A stretch of DNA of 64,000 bases from Fimbriosthenelais zetlandica (taxonomy: Eukaryota). The stretch covers positions 42,470,001 through 42,534,000 of the forward strand of contig OZ365110.1 in the NCBI GenBank assembly GCA_977030845.1, written 5' to 3'. The notes beneath the pieces were generated by a model. The model made no database searches. It saw only the letters and a program-made list of their open reading frames with translations, and was not told the origin of the DNA. Positions 14,729 through 26,200 of the stretch are shown here, piece after piece. A program made the position numbers and the translations under genes. Positions within the stretch are counted from its first letter, which is position 1; the number at the start of each line of letters is the position of its first letter.

Positions 14729-15902
14729 TCATTGCTCCGCTGGAGTAAGCTTGAAGGTTACAGTAACGGGTTCAGACACCTTTTGCATGACAGGCAAGTA
14801 GACAATTGATGTGGCAAAATTATTGTTCTCACCCGCACTTTCCTGAACGGTAAATGGCTGCATGAGGTATGGGGGAGCCGCATCAGCTGGCTGTGGCGAG
14901 GCGGGCGCCGTAGCATTGGTAGGCGTCGCGTAACTCACAGGTAATTCTGATGAGGAGGAGTAGGAGGAGGAGGAGTCTCTAGCTGGGTTTGATGCAGAAG
15001 AAAGACTCCTGCCGTCATTGTTATTATCTTTGGCTTCAGTAGTATCCATTTGATTATCGCCAGCTTGTATATTAAGCTCGCTTGAACGCTGCTGCTGCTG
15101 TTGCTTTTCTTGCTGTTGCTGTTGATGTTGCTGTTGTTGTGACTTCAACAGTTTAGATCTTTGACTTTCACGACTGTCACTGTCACTCTGTTCATTGTAT
15201 TTAGCATTGGGATGCTCAGCCCTAATGTGTGCTTGGCACAAGGGTTTAGTAAGGAATCGCTCCTGGCAATGTGCACAACGATATTTCTTCCTTTTCTGGT
15301 GGTTAGCGATATGATTCATAATGGCTGATTTGACCTTGTCCCCAATGACCCCCATGTTCTGACCCAGTCGTCTCCATCGTCGGCTGGCGCGGAACTTGCG
15401 CTTCATGTTATTCTGGTACTTCTTTTTCAGGGAATAGGTCGCCATTGCTGTGACATATCGGGCATCTTGGATCTGGGCAGCATCTGGATAGGTGGGTGGC
15501 TTAGAAAGTTGAAGACCGTGGTCTTGAACTTTGTGCATATGGAGTGCCAGTGGGTCGCCAAACAAAACGCCACACAAGTCACATTTTTGGATGAAAGACT
15601 GAGGGCCAGACTCTCCAAACAGTCCGTTGGGCATGATTTCAGACTTCATGGGCCGTTCTTCTGATTTGTGCCCGGTAGAAGAGTGATCATTGCCCTCTCC
15701 CCTGTTACCTTCCACTGATGGGACGTGCCAGGTTTTAGCTGTCACCGTCACTGACCCACCATGGTTATCACTGCCTGTAGTAGGAAGGTCAGGCTCCGTT
15801 TTAGGGGTGTTAGCTATATGCTGTTTGCCCTCTGATCCCTCAATGTCACGATGGGCGCCATCTTTAGAAACAATGACCCCACTTCTCTGTTGCTGTTGCT
15901 GC

Positions 15903-15943
<41 letters not shown>

Positions 15944-18900
15944 TTGTTGTTGGTGGGCCATGAGGGCATCATGGAAGACATGGTTGCCATTAATGGGTGG
16001 CATCGGTCCCTTCATGTCAAACATGTTGAGGGGGTGCATGGTGTTATAGGTGGAACAAGCCTTGGAATCAATTGGTGGGGTAGATGAAGGTGTATTACTG
16101 GCACTACTTTTCTTCATGCTGCCATCAACATTGGGGGAATTCTGTTTAGCTGGGGTCGTTTGGCCAGTGACGTGATCCCAGTGAAGCCCATGCTTATTGA
16201 GCATGTGGGTCCGCAGGAAGTACTTGTTGCAAAGTTCCTTGTTGCACAGTTCACACATTACCCTAGTAGCATTAATGGGCTCCTTCCATTTCCAGGATCT
16301 TCGCTCTGACAGGTCTGGATGCTCAGGCATGAGATGGAAATTGAAGAGGTTGGGCATCATACCTGGAGGAGCGGGCCCAGGGGGCTGACCATTGGTGATA
16401 CCGGGTCGCATAGCTGGTACCATAGTTGGAGCCATAGTCATACTAGGTACCATGCCCGGTGACATATGTGAGGGTAGGCTTCCAAGGGAGGTCTGAAGGC
16501 TAGCCAGATCTCTATGGGAGTCTCGGTGCTTTTCCCTAGGCATGGAGTTCTCAATTTTGATACCATGGATATTCTGCTTATGGGTTTTAAGGAAATACTT
16601 GCTACAGAATTCCTTCTTGCAGATCTCACAATAGGCCTCTGGATCGATGCCCATCTTCAACAGTTCTTGATCATTTGGTCGTTTCATTTCACTTGGGCTG
16701 GATGTGGGAGGAGCTGGTCCATTTGCGGGTGGACTGTTCATTGGTGGCATAGGAGCAGGAGGGGGATCTTTAGGCTTAATGGAGAGATCAGCAGGTCCAA
16801 TGACACCATTTGTCATAGTATGGAGATCTTCCACTCGCCGCTGCTTGTCCCTATCTTTACCCTGATCCTGAGGGGGATCAGGTGGAATACCATGCACCTT
16901 CAACTTGTGGGTCTTTAGAAAATACTTGTTGCACACCTCTTTATTGCAAATGTCACACATGACGCGATCTGCAAGCTTGGCTGCTATCATGTTGCCAAAC
17001 ATGGTACTGCCGAGTTTGGAAGCCTCAGAGATGGGAGGCATCGGAGGTAGACCTAAGTTCTTGGCCATGAGTCCTTCGAGAGCAAAATGTGGGTGAGGCA
17101 TGTGAGGGGGTTGATGAGCAAGGGAACTCACTACTTCACCTGCCTCAATCCCACCTGAAGCTGCGGCCATTTTAGCTGCAAGAGCCATATCCATATCTAA
17201 TTGCCTCATCTCTTCATGAGGTTTAGGATATCCGTGTACATTCATGTTATGTATCTTGAAACTTTCTTTACTATGGAAGTCCTTGTGGCACATTTTGCAC
17301 GAGTATACTTCCTCGCCTTTGCTAGCAGACTCGATTTTTTCAGTGCTTCCTGAGGTTTCAGAGGAAGGACTGGCCCTGCTTGCTTCCCAGGGTTGGGGTT
17401 GTTGCTTGTCTGGGCTAGCAGCAGATGATGGCGGTTTGGAGGAAGAGGACATGATTCCATCCTCTGATTCATCGTCAATGAAAATGCCATGTTTGTTAGC
17501 CTTGTGTATTTTGAGGAAATACCTGTTACAAAACTCCTTGCGACAAAGTTCACAATAAGCATCTGCATTGAGAGGAGCCCCTGGTCTGTGAGAGACTGAG
17601 GGTGGCGGTGGGGCCTCACCTGGTAGAGACATATTATTGTTGTTGTGGGGACTGGAGCTTGGTGGTCTGCTGCTTTTCTGATGGGACGCCTGGGCCTCTG
17701 AAGTGGGCACCTGTGGGGGCATCTGAGGTAGTGATGGAAGGCCATTAGGCATGAAGCCTCCAGGCGCACCTTGTAGCATAGGCTGGGTGTGAATAAACAT
17801 TGGAGGTGTGAAAGGATTTATGAACATCACATTGGGTAGTGCGGCCATGTTTGGCATGCCAGGTAGACCATTGTTTGAGCCGGGGCTCTGAGGTATTCCG
17901 AGAGGTGCAGTGGATGTAATGCTGTTTGGCGTGACAGAAGTTGGGGTGTTGCCTCCAGAGGAAGGGCACAGATTTGTTGTGCGGCTACGTTTCACTGTTG
18001 GAGTATTAGGCACTATTCCATGGACATCATGTTTATGCTTTTTGAGGTAGTACTTGTTGCAGAAATGCTTCTGGCAAATCTCACAATAGTCCTCCATGTT
18101 TTTCTCTGACTTGTCTGATTTAGAGTTAGGAGTGCCTGAAGGGGGCATTGGGGGACGAGGTAAAGAAGACAATGGAGAATGATGAGGTGGGGGAGGGTGG
18201 GGGTGAGAAGGAGGATGGGAAGGATGGGGAGGATGGGGAGGATGGGGAGGAGGTGGATGCTGAGTTGCATTTTGAGGTAAACTTTCTTGTTTTATCGAAG
18301 CCAAAGTGCTAACAATGCTGGCATTGGGAGTAGTGTGACGAGGAGGCGACTGGACAAATGATAAAGGTCCGGGCATCGGCAGTGAGTGTGGTAGTGAAAC
18401 GGGTGGCATGCCTTCCATTGGAGGCAGAGGAAAATTAGGGAAGCCATTGGGTAGTTGTGGCATGGGCATATGACCAGGAGGCGGTACATGGCTATTTGGT
18501 GAAGTAGAATTCTCATATATGCCATGTTTATTAGCTTTATGGGTCTTTAAGAAATATTTATTACAGAACTCACGGCTGCAGAGCTCACAATATGCATCCG
18601 GGTGGAAAATCCTACTGCCACTTTTAATGGAACCATCCGGTCCGGGCAGTTCACCACTTTGGTTACTTGCGTCACCTTGACTTGATGGAGGAGAGAAACC
18701 AGGTCTCTCACTGGATTCAGGTGGATCCTCCGGCTCTATCACCCTCTCACGTGGAGTTTCCCTGTTGTTCTCATCTCCAGGCTCCTCCGGTGTGATTGTC
18801 AATACAGCCTCTCTTTGCTGCATCAGCTGACTACCTAGTATGTGGTATTTAGTTGGGAAGCTACCTTCAGGTGAACCAGGAGCTGGGGGAGGGAGATTGG

Positions 18901-19780
18901 GAGGTAATCCCTCTCTCCTTCCCCTATCATTCTCCCCTCTATCTCCAACTTCTCCTCCTTCCCTTTCTGCTGCTCTACGAGCCACGTGCTCACTAAGTCC
19001 ATATAAAGAATAGGCCTGGCGTTCTAAACCATTAATAGTGTCTTTTAAATGGTTACCTGCAGGGGGATATCTTCCCTCCTCTCCCCCAGGTAAGGGGGCG
19101 GCACCTGCCGCAGCTCCCTGAGGCAGCTCCCCTGGTTCCCCTTCGGTGGGATCATAATCCAAGAAGAACCTGGTAGGTTTAGATTGTTTCCTTCTACCTC
19201 CACATGGCTTCATGGCTTTCCTCTTGGAAGCCCCCCTCAGTAAGGACTGGGCCGGACTGACGCTTATCTCCGATGTGTCCATGGGTTTGATCACCACCAT
19301 GCCTTCGTTACCCTCCTCCTCATCTCCGTGATACTCCCCGTTGGATTCATACAAACGATCCGGGCTATTACAGTCCACCTCTGCGTCCCCGCTCAAATCT
19401 CCATTGTCCGAGCCGTAAAGGCTATTGTAAGTTCCCTTCATTTTGTTGTGATCACTGGTGAGAAAGTCGTCCGTGTTATTGTTGTTGATGGCAGCGTGTT
19501 TAAGAGCCACGGCACTGGGAGAGCAGCTCCTCCGGCCGTGATCGTGAAGACTGGCTGGTGTGGCAGCGCTACTACTACTGGTCAGCATCATTTCATGATT
19601 CATATCCCTGCCTTCAGCTTCACCACCGCTGCTGGCCATAGCCGCCTGACCAACAACAAGTCTCTCACTAGTACTCCGTGCAATGTTCGCCAACTGATCC
19701 TGCTTACTATACACTTCAAAGTGGCTACTAACACCCGTGCTTAGGTACTGTTCATAGGCGATGTTAGGCTGTTTAAGCAT
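14729..19780 (-). CDS. Large dispersed-C2H2 zinc-finger protein (~1683 aa), probable transcriptional regulator/repressor, encoded by one coding exon
   Basis: Uninterrupted 5.05 kb ORF. First in-frame ATG at 19780 (gtgaaaATG); the track start at 19852 is GTG and there is an in-frame TGA at 19873-19871. Nine C2H2 fingers at approx. 18524-18592, 18020-18088, 17489-17557, 17234-17305, 16892-16960, 16565-16633, 16190-16258, 15518-15586, 15212-15283. P/H/S/Q-rich linkers; basic NLS-like stretch KKKYQNNMKRKFRASRRWRR. An alternative start at 19639 (MASSGG, good Kozak) is possible. Orthologue not recognised with certainty, so no symbol. Confidence 0.93.
15887..15952 (-). repeat. CAG/CAA tract encoding Q22 within the zinc-finger CDS
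   Basis: 22 consecutive ctg/ttg triplets on the plus strand, mostly alternating CAA-CAG on the minus strand. A second, interrupted Q-rich tract lies at ~15085-15140. Confidence 0.95.
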
Positions 19781-19980
19781 TTTCACACAGCAGTCACCGC
19801 TTCTTATGGAAGATGTAAAGTATGGCGATTCAGTGCGCGATATTAAACACACACTGTTTCCATCCGAGGATCATAGAGGTCCGTCTCATCATCTTCCTTT
19901 CTCTATCTCTCTCAGTAAAACACAAGTGTCCCACGTCCACTCGAGCACATCTGTAACAGGAGATGAAAGAGAAAAAAATA
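19781..19980 (-). other. 3' splice acceptor and 5' leader of the zinc-finger coding exon
   Basis: Minus strand reads ttttttttctctttcatctcctgttacAG|atgtgc (AG at 19952-19951), a long polypyrimidine tract plus CAG. The exon would start at 19950, giving 170 nt of leader before the ATG at 19780. Confidence 0.8.
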
Positions 19981-20159
19981 TTAATCCTTTTTTATAGAAT
20001 CACTCCAAGTTCTGTGATGATGTGTTTAAGTATCTCGATGCATGCTGGTATAAAGTTTAAACAAGTCTGAATATTTTCAAAGGCGGGTTTTGACTAGGTG
20101 GTGGAGAAAGCGCGCTCTGAGTCCCACCCCACCTGATTGTGTGAAGTGAATGAGAAGCA

Positions 20160-20320
20160 TGTACCAATACCAGGCCTGGTATTTTCATTAGTCCTCCCGA
20201 CTTAAAGAATCAGCCAATGAGAATGCTCTATGGCCAGTGACATATTATTTTCTATTTAAATAGTCCCCGCCCGCTTGGCGGAGTGAGAGTGAAAGAAAAA
20301 GGGGCGTGTTCTTATTGGTC
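20160..20320. promoter_or_regulatory. Promoter-like motif cluster just upstream of the zinc-finger coding exon
   Basis: CCAAT at 20164-20168 and 20214-20218 (agCCAATga), reverse CCAAT at 20314-20318, palindromic CTATTTAAATAG 20252-20263, GC boxes ccccgccc 20265-20272 and ggggcgtg 20301-20308, perfect 18-bp palindrome AATACCAGGCCTGGTATT 20166-20183. Confidence 0.55.
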
Positions 20321-23101
20321 GCCAGTTTTGTTCACTGTAAGGATCAAGTCTTTGATGCAATCGCAACTCACGGAAATGATAATGTTGGGAGGAAGTTTAT
20401 GCGCAAGATATTACATACATGAATCTATCTGCATTTTTAAGTGTCAAAGGAGATGTTTCCCGGGGCGCCACTCTCTGCGCGCCAACAGAACTTCTATATG
20501 AAACTTATGAAAGCTTTGGGAATATGTTTTTGGGAAAGTATAGATAACTCTAAAAGAAGGATAATGGAATAGAGAGCTGAGAGAAGGGGGATTTTTCCCA
20601 TTTTCTCCCTGCCAGTGCTTAGTTTGGCTACCCACTCTGCTTTGTCAACCAACCACTTTGTCCAGTCCCAATTCCCATTTTCAACAGAGAAAATGCACTC
20701 GGATCCTCTGACCTTAAAATTACTGATGGTGGCTAATATTTATTTCGAGATAAGCTTGTATTTTAGTTGCACTCCAAACGGGAGCGAAGAGCAGCGCATT
20801 TGTCAAGCAAGGAGCGCCTGGCTGAAGCGAGCCCCTAGATTGTGGTTCCCCCTAGTGGACATTTCTCCAACTTCTCCACTACACACCAGCATGGAGGAGA
20901 GAGAGAGCTTTCAAACCTACTCACACTAACTCATATACTCATTCACTCACTCACACACTTTCTCTACACAGATTCCCCCCTGGATCCCACCATACATTGC
21001 CTTCATGTGCCACACTTCCAATACCGCCCAGACTTCAATGTCAACCTTCCCGACGGCTAGGTGAATTTTTCATGATTCCAACTATATACTTTCTGCCTCA
21101 GTGGTGTATAGAAAACACAAGTGGTCTATAGGGCCCTGCCTTGCCTTCAACACGGATATTCCCATCTGCACGATGGAAAAGATAATAAACTTGACACGAT
21201 CGTATTTCAGTAATACTGTTTAGGATGCCCCTAACCTGACAACCCCCACAGCATATTGTGTAAAAACAGAGCAGTATGAGGCCCCTAAATAACAAAGGGA
21301 GATATTGTCAAGCCTAAAACTGTCTCGAAAAACCGCTGATGGTTTTTTTTATGTGAAAAAGTTTTGATTTCATTATTAAAATCCCGGAAAATGTTGACCT
21401 CCATGCAACGAAAGAGACCTAGTCCTACTTATTCCCTCTAAGGTCGATGTACCTTTCAAATCAAGGATGCTCTTTTTACATTTGATAACAGATGTACATA
21501 ATATAGGTCCGTTTCTAGGGTTACATTTCAAACGTAGGATCCAATGTAGATTTATGACTGAGAAAAATATGAACATGGATTGTCTGGGAGCATGTCCTGT
21601 TTTTTCTATGCAGTCTGCCAAACAGTGGGTCAAGGACTGTGAAACCATTGTTTGAAGTTTGGTAAATTTGTAAGCAATTACAGACTGCATGCAACAACAA
21701 TACCCTCATAGGTGCATTACAACCCTGGGTTACTGTTGTTTTATTCTCTGTCCTCTCTGAAGGAACAATGTGTGTTCTGCTTTCAACCCAGGCTCTGGGC
21801 GGAAAACTCATTAGCTTTTAATATAAAGTCTAACAAATGCCGATTTATGAATTCATTTTGAAAGTGGACACATCTCCTGCTGAGGGAATTGTCTGTGTCC
21901 ATCTGCTTGTATGGACGCTGCGATAGCCATTGTCCAGCAAACAAGAGTGGAGGCCATCCATTAAAAATTTAATTGTGGCCTTTTTCTCCCGCCTCACACC
22001 ATCTGTATGAACTCAGTGGGTCCCCACCACATGCAACTCAACAAAGGGAATTTATTCCAATTTGACTGACCCCTCTAAAATTGGACCTAATGCATGTCTG
22101 CATTATAAAGTAGAGCCCTATCTCTCCCGTTTTATTGGTCTCTATTTAAATTGTAATTATCTTTGGACTGATGTGTACTGACACTCTAAAATGCTGGCAA
22201 CCCGCATGTTCAATGCGTGCAAAACTAGCGAGTGTTATTTACATGGACAGGTTTTAATCTAAAAACAACAAAGAACCCAAAGTTTACCACTACCCCTATT
22301 TGTACAAAAGTTCCATCAGAAACAAAGTTAATGCCTAAAAAAAACGTCAGTGGTGCTCCCCCTCGCTAGAGGACCATCAGTGCTCTATGATCTATCTAAA
22401 CTATGACGCATTATGAATTCAGAATAGGCTACAGGACCAATTACCAAACCTCTTCCCCATCTGATCCATTGGATCTAACCTTTCTCTATTTAGGAATTAA
22501 AATCTCAGGCCTAATCTGAGATTATTTGAGCAAATAGACAATGACAGCAGTAGAAAATAGGAGGCGGGAATGCGTCTGCTGTCTTCTGGCAGTACCCAGA
22601 CTTTGCCTCCTGTAGTCCCGTCCACTCGTCCCCCACCTCTCACCGGCCTCGCCTTCCTCCTCCCCGCCCCGCACACACAACACACACCGGGTAACCAAAG
22701 GCCTGGATAGGCTATGCAAAATTACACCTACTGATATTATCCACTGGTAAAATCCTCAATGAATATATCCTTGCGATAGATTACTCCATTATTGCCTTTA
22801 ATAGTTGTTGTAAGGATCCAAAGTGGTCAAAATCTAGAGAGGCATGGCCTTGTGATGTTGTATGATGGGGTGCCTGTAGTGGAGTGAACTCCCATCTCTC
22901 TACTCCAGGCCTTCCCACCACCTAATGCCATCGGCTCACACCGAGCGCGCAACACTCAATCCAAAAACTTTTCCTGCGGAAATAACTCCTCACAGTCAAA
23001 TCAAATAGCACACACAGGTCGGTATGACCATCATGTTTCGCTGGATAACCTTTTTCCGAGCTGTAACTTGACGAATTAGTAAGAAAGCAGTAAAACTTTA
23101 C

Positions 23102-23150
23102 CTGCGCTAGTTATGATGCTTGCACTCCGCTCGCCATCTTGAATATGTCC
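23102..23150 (-). other. Candidate non-coding first exon of the zinc-finger gene
   Basis: Minus strand: YY1-like CAAGATGGCG (23141-23132), then gcgCAG|GTAAAG donor at 23101. Nearest good donor upstream of the 19951 acceptor (intron ~3.15 kb). 5' end approximate. Confidence 0.55.
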
Positions 23151-23160
23151 CGTCATGCAT

Positions 23161-23200
23161 CAGCCAGACCAACATGGCGACGCCCATACGAGGGGTGAGT
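23161..23200 (+). other. Candidate first exon of a plus-strand transcript (would encode MATPIRG if translated)
   Basis: aacATGGCGACGCCCATACGAGGG|GTGAGT: strong Kozak ATG at 23174 and a perfect GTGAGT donor at 23195-23200 (phase 0). No in-frame continuation found. Confidence 0.5.
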
Positions 23201-26200
23201 TCACTGCCTGCAAAGGCAGATTTTGTTTGTTTTCTCAAAACCAGCATCAGCTAGCATGATTTCAATCCGATAGGATGAAGGCTTAGTTGTATAAGATTCA
23301 GTATACAACTCAATTTGTGTCCTCTGACACACTAAATCATTGTAGAGGAGGCCTTTTCCCTGTCAAAATACCGTGTGTTGAAGCGCTGTACTCAAACGGG
23401 GATCATTTGCCGACTGGCATTGTTATTATGGGGTTATGTTGATTAAGATCTAATGTTTATCGCAAGCAAGGCGTGTCTGTGGACTGACAGATATCCACAG
23501 ATTGTAAATGGGAAGGAATGGACTTAGTGCATTGTTGGTATTCTCAGGGAGAGGGATGTATTTTTTGACATGGGCGATAATAGGTGCATTTGTGGTTGTA
23601 CTCCGCGATGGTGAGCGGCCAGGGGAGTTGTGAGGCTGGTCCCATTCACTGTGTGCTTGTCAAGTTTATCATCTGAAATGCATGCGCAGAGCAGATTCAT
23701 TTTAATAGCGCAGCAAGGGAACACCCCTCGGCATTAAGGCCCGCCCATCCGCTCTTGGAGTATAAGAAAAATGATAATATTTAAACATGACGTGGATCGG
23801 GCAAATATTGTTTGCTGCTCTCCCTTGATGCACACACTGCCTTGGTGTCTCAGACTTCGATTTTGAAGCATCAAACCTTTTGATAGCTGATGGTATGGTA
23901 GGGACCTGTCCACACTTAGCCCTGTGGCAGTGTTTCCTTTTGAGATCTGACATAAGGAGACATTTAAGTGTGGCCATATTCACCCAAGTTTGAGATAAAA
24001 TGTGCATTATTAGTAATCTAATGATTGCAAGAGGGATCGATATTATGTAACTTTTTGGATAGGCCTCGGTATGCAATCTATGTACCGGGTATTGTTGTTT
24101 AATCTAGTTTTTCTGATAGACAATGATAAGACAGTTTGAGGGTAGGCCTAACGTTACCGTTACACATGTTTAAATGACCTTTTTTTATTGGTTAAATGTT
24201 ATGCTGAGAGATGCAAATTCATGTTCATCAACTTAAGAAGTGGAACTTTTAAGGAAATTTAAAATCTAAAGTGAAAATATTGTTTAAGGTACCCGGTAGG
24301 CCTAACTTATAAGGTTCTAACATTTGAAGAATTTAATTCGTCTGACTTTATTTAAGAATGCTAATTTAACTATAACGTAATGTTTTCCTTTCCAAATGTT
24401 TTTTCTGTCAAGATTGTAAATCAAGATTATGTTTAGGATAAAAAGAAAAACAGTGCCAGAATTTCCTTTTGACACAATATACATTTTCCCACGACTTATA
24501 TTCTTTGAGGAAATTATCTAATAAAAATAAATAGGGACCATTTTGTATCAAAAGATTCTTGTAACATAATCCCTTGCTCTTACTTAAATACAAATGGTTC
24601 CAATAATATATCAATGTAACAAGGCCATAACGAATTAAAACTGAGTAAGAAAGGGGGCAAGATAATGAACTTGAAGTATTTTGAATGAAAACACATGTAA
24701 GACTGTTTATTTGAGCGGGCTATAGAAGGGGGAGCTCTGGTATGAGCTGTACGGCCAGGATTGGATTAAAAAATGTCTCGATCCAGCATCAGCTTTCATG
24801 AGCTCTTTAATTCGTTGTGAAAACAAAAGCCATACTTTTAAACAGCCTAACTATTTCCATTAAAACAAGCGTTTTAAAGTTGGAAAGAATACTTGCTTAG
24901 TACTAAATAATAGACTAATATAGGCTCAGGGGGTATTTGGTGAGTTTGCACTTATTCACATATAATGTAAGATTAGGCCTATATACATGATATTAAAGCT
25001 CAATGTCCCTCGTTGATATGCGAGATAGGAATCAGTAAAATGCAAGAGGAATATTTTGCCGGTGCTGATTTACCTCTAATTGCCTATACCGTCTCCCATA
25101 GTCGCCACACAATAGAGCAATACATTGTTTTCTGGTTTAAGTAATTGCTTTCCATGCCAGTGGATTTTTGCTATTTGCATAATAATCAGAACAATTTGCA
25201 TATGAAGGTAACACCTGAGTGGTCACTGGCTTTAGGTGTTGGAAGGGTCTTCCTCAGGAAACAGCTGGGCGTGAACACCTTGATTTCTCAAGGCACGTGG
25301 TCCATGTCTACTTTCTTAGCCTCGACCTTCAATACTTGGCATCATATACTGGGTTCAAGTTTCCCAGGCGTGCACCTGTTCTTCTTATGCATAGAGATAG
25401 ATCTATTATACTATCTTTAATGACATATATAGCAAAAAATCCTGATGAATGTGAGGAGGTATAATATTCATTTCAATCTTTTCACATTACCAGTTCAAAC
25501 TGGACATTTCAAGTTTCTTCGCATTACAATGGATGAATATATGAAACAAAATGTTTGGTTCTTTTGCGGAAAGAGTAAGCTTAAACGATCGAGAGAAAAA
25601 AGTTTTGCAAAAAATGTTGCACTAACTGAGGGCAATGTTATCACAGAGAGAAGCAGCGCACGCGCCTGTCTTTATATTTGATACATCTCATGTAGTATTC
25701 ACAGGGATGGTTGTTTGCATGAAGACATGAACCCATTGGAATAGCTCCACTAAAGTATCTCTCCTGATATCTCATTTTTACGACTGCTATCCTGATCTCA
25801 GTTTTTACCTGTGCCCTTTTTTGCCATAAAAACTACTGATCGGAGAGAAGCACATTCCAACTCCAAGTCTAAAGTACTTGAAAGCTAGGAAGTGAAAGTT
25901 TCTTCTGGGGCGAACAATATTATATGTATGTAATATTCTTGACATGATTTTAATTAGTTTAAAGTTTATGAAGTTATAGTTTTCTTTGAATGGGAAGGTT
26001 TAAGTACATTATTAGAAAAATATGAAATGACTCAGGTTGATATATTTTTTTAGTTTATGATATATTTTGCTTTATTGTTTCATATTCTTTATTATTATAT
26101 AATTTATTTTATTTGTTTGATAAGTGAGTATTATTATTATCATGATTGAACCATTGTCTTCATTGCAGTGCGTTTTGAAATTTAAAACCGCAAAAGACCT

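Larger units (their letters stand above)
22950..23210. promoter_or_regulatory. Candidate bidirectional promoter
   Basis: CpG-rich patch with divergent YY1-type motifs (minus CAAGATGGCG at 23141-23132; plus AACATGGCG at 23171-23179), each followed within 40 nt by a consensus 5' splice site (minus CAG|GTAAAG at 23101; plus GGG|GTGAGT at 23195). Confidence 0.65.

Noticed and set aside
15690-16087. Plus-strand ORFs with poly-Cys and poly-Leu runs
   Set aside because: Antisense shadows of the polyQ tract in the zinc-finger CDS.
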